IMG/VR virus record: IMGVR_UViG_2706794492_000018 | Origin: a virus | Taxonomy: Duplodnaviria; Heunggongvirae; Uroviricota; Caudoviricetes | Length of the DNA: 8,565 nt | Reading direction: 5' to 3' (one strand) | Shown here: positions 7,323 to 8,565 of the stretch, piece by piece | How the letters are laid out: every line of letters starts with the position of its first letter | How positions within the stretch are numbered: position 1 is the stretch's first letter | Notes under the pieces: generated by a model | Databases searched by the model: none | Seen by the model: only the letters and a program-made list of their open reading frames with translations | Told to the model about the DNA's origin: nothing | Program-made: the position numbers and the translations under genes

Positions 7323-7349
7323 AAAAAAGCCCGCCTGAACCGGCGGGCT
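7323..7349 (-). terminator. Rho-independent terminator downstream of lom, just upstream of the stf start
   Basis: On the minus strand: 8-bp GC stem agcccgcc/ggcgggct with a 6-nt loop, followed by TTTTTT (plus-strand A-run 7323..7328). Lies 26 nt after the lom stop. Confidence 0.6.
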
Positions 7350-7375
7350 GTCATAACACTGTGTTACCTGGCTAA

Positions 7376-7907
7376 TCAGAATTTATAACCGACACCCACG
7401 ATGAAACCGTCAGTGCGCCAGTCGCCACTGCCGGAGCCTTCATAAGCAATATCAATGGCCACGGANNNNNNNNNNNNNNNNNNNNGTTTTCCCCTTGTTG
7501 TCAGTTACGCGAAGGTAATCCCCGGAAAAAGTCGAAACACGGCTGTAAGCCATACCCGCCATCGCATACGCGCTGAACCATTCATTCACGCGCACAGACG
7601 GCCCCGCCATCACGCTGAACCAGCGGTTACGCACGGAATCTTCATGCCAGCGGGTATCGCTGTAACGGGTCAGCTGGCGATTCTTGTCTCCTGCATAGCT
7701 GAATGACGTCACCAGCCCCAGCGTATCCGTAAACTCATAACGGTATTTCACGTTAATCCCGTTCAGATCATCACTGCCGGGAACGTTGGTCCGGGCATGA
7801 AGATACCCCGCGCTCAGCGTGGACTGATGTTCAGATGCCCATGCAGGCGCACCGGATACGGCCAGACAAATGGCTGCGGACAAAATGGCGGCATAAAGTT
7901 TACGCAT
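7376..7907 (-). CDS. lom: Lom outer-membrane protein (Ail/Lom/PagC family), interrupted by a 20-N gap
   Basis: N-terminal 140 aa (MRKLYAAILSAAICLAVSGAPAWASEHQST...RVTDNKGK) with a signal peptide, and the 3' segment 7379..7465 translating to SVAIDIAYEGSGSGDWRTDGFIVGVGYKF with the terminal aromatic residue typical of beta-barrel outer-membrane proteins. Both closely resemble lambda Lom as I recall it. The N-run replaces the middle of the gene and breaks the apparent frame. Shine-Dalgarno gagagg upstream of ATG 7907. Confidence 0.8.
7466..7485. other. Run of 20 N (assembly gap or masked bases) inside lom
   Basis: Seen directly. By comparison with lambda Lom, about 110 nt of real sequence would be expected here. 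Confidence 0.95.
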
Positions 7908-7931
7908 AATTACCTCTCGCTTTTCTGCAAT

Positions 7932-7955
7932 AAAAAAGGCGTCATTTCTGACGCC
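7932..7955 (-). terminator. Rho-independent terminator between J and lom
   Basis: On the minus strand: 7-bp stem ggcgtca/tgacgcc with a 4-nt loop, followed by a T6 tract (plus-strand A-run 7932..7937). Located 19 nt after the J stop. Confidence 0.55.
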
Positions 7956-7973
7956 CGTTCTGGGTTATAAAAT

Positions 7974-8565
<592 letters not shown>

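Noticed and set aside
7455-7706. 83-aa plus-strand ORF spanning the N gap
   Set aside because: Antisense to lom and includes undetermined bases.

Overview
This window holds the right-hand end of a lambda-like prophage tail module on the minus strand (3815..8565): the 3' end of the J tail-tip gene, lom, a 971-aa side tail fibre gene (stf) and its assembly chaperone (tfa), in the lambda order J-lom-stf-tfa. Convergent with it, on the plus strand (about 260..3815), is a visibly AT-rich cargo segment carrying an orphan class I SAM-dependent methyltransferase of unknown substrate and a complete yciG-yciF-yciE-katN stress operon (KGG-repeat protein, two DUF892 ferritin-like proteins, Mn-catalase). 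The cargo is bracketed by two direct copies (121 bp, about 90% identical) of the tfa 3' coding segment; the left copy lies inside an 82-aa tfa-like chimeric ORF. No rRNA, tRNA, CRISPR array, integrase or transposase was seen. lom is interrupted by a 20-N gap. I see no hallmark of a new multi-gene system (no nuclease, ATPase or toxin-like partner); the best candidate for something undescribed is the methyltransferase within this repeat-bracketed moron. All homology calls rest on reading the translations and on recalled family knowledge, not on a database search.
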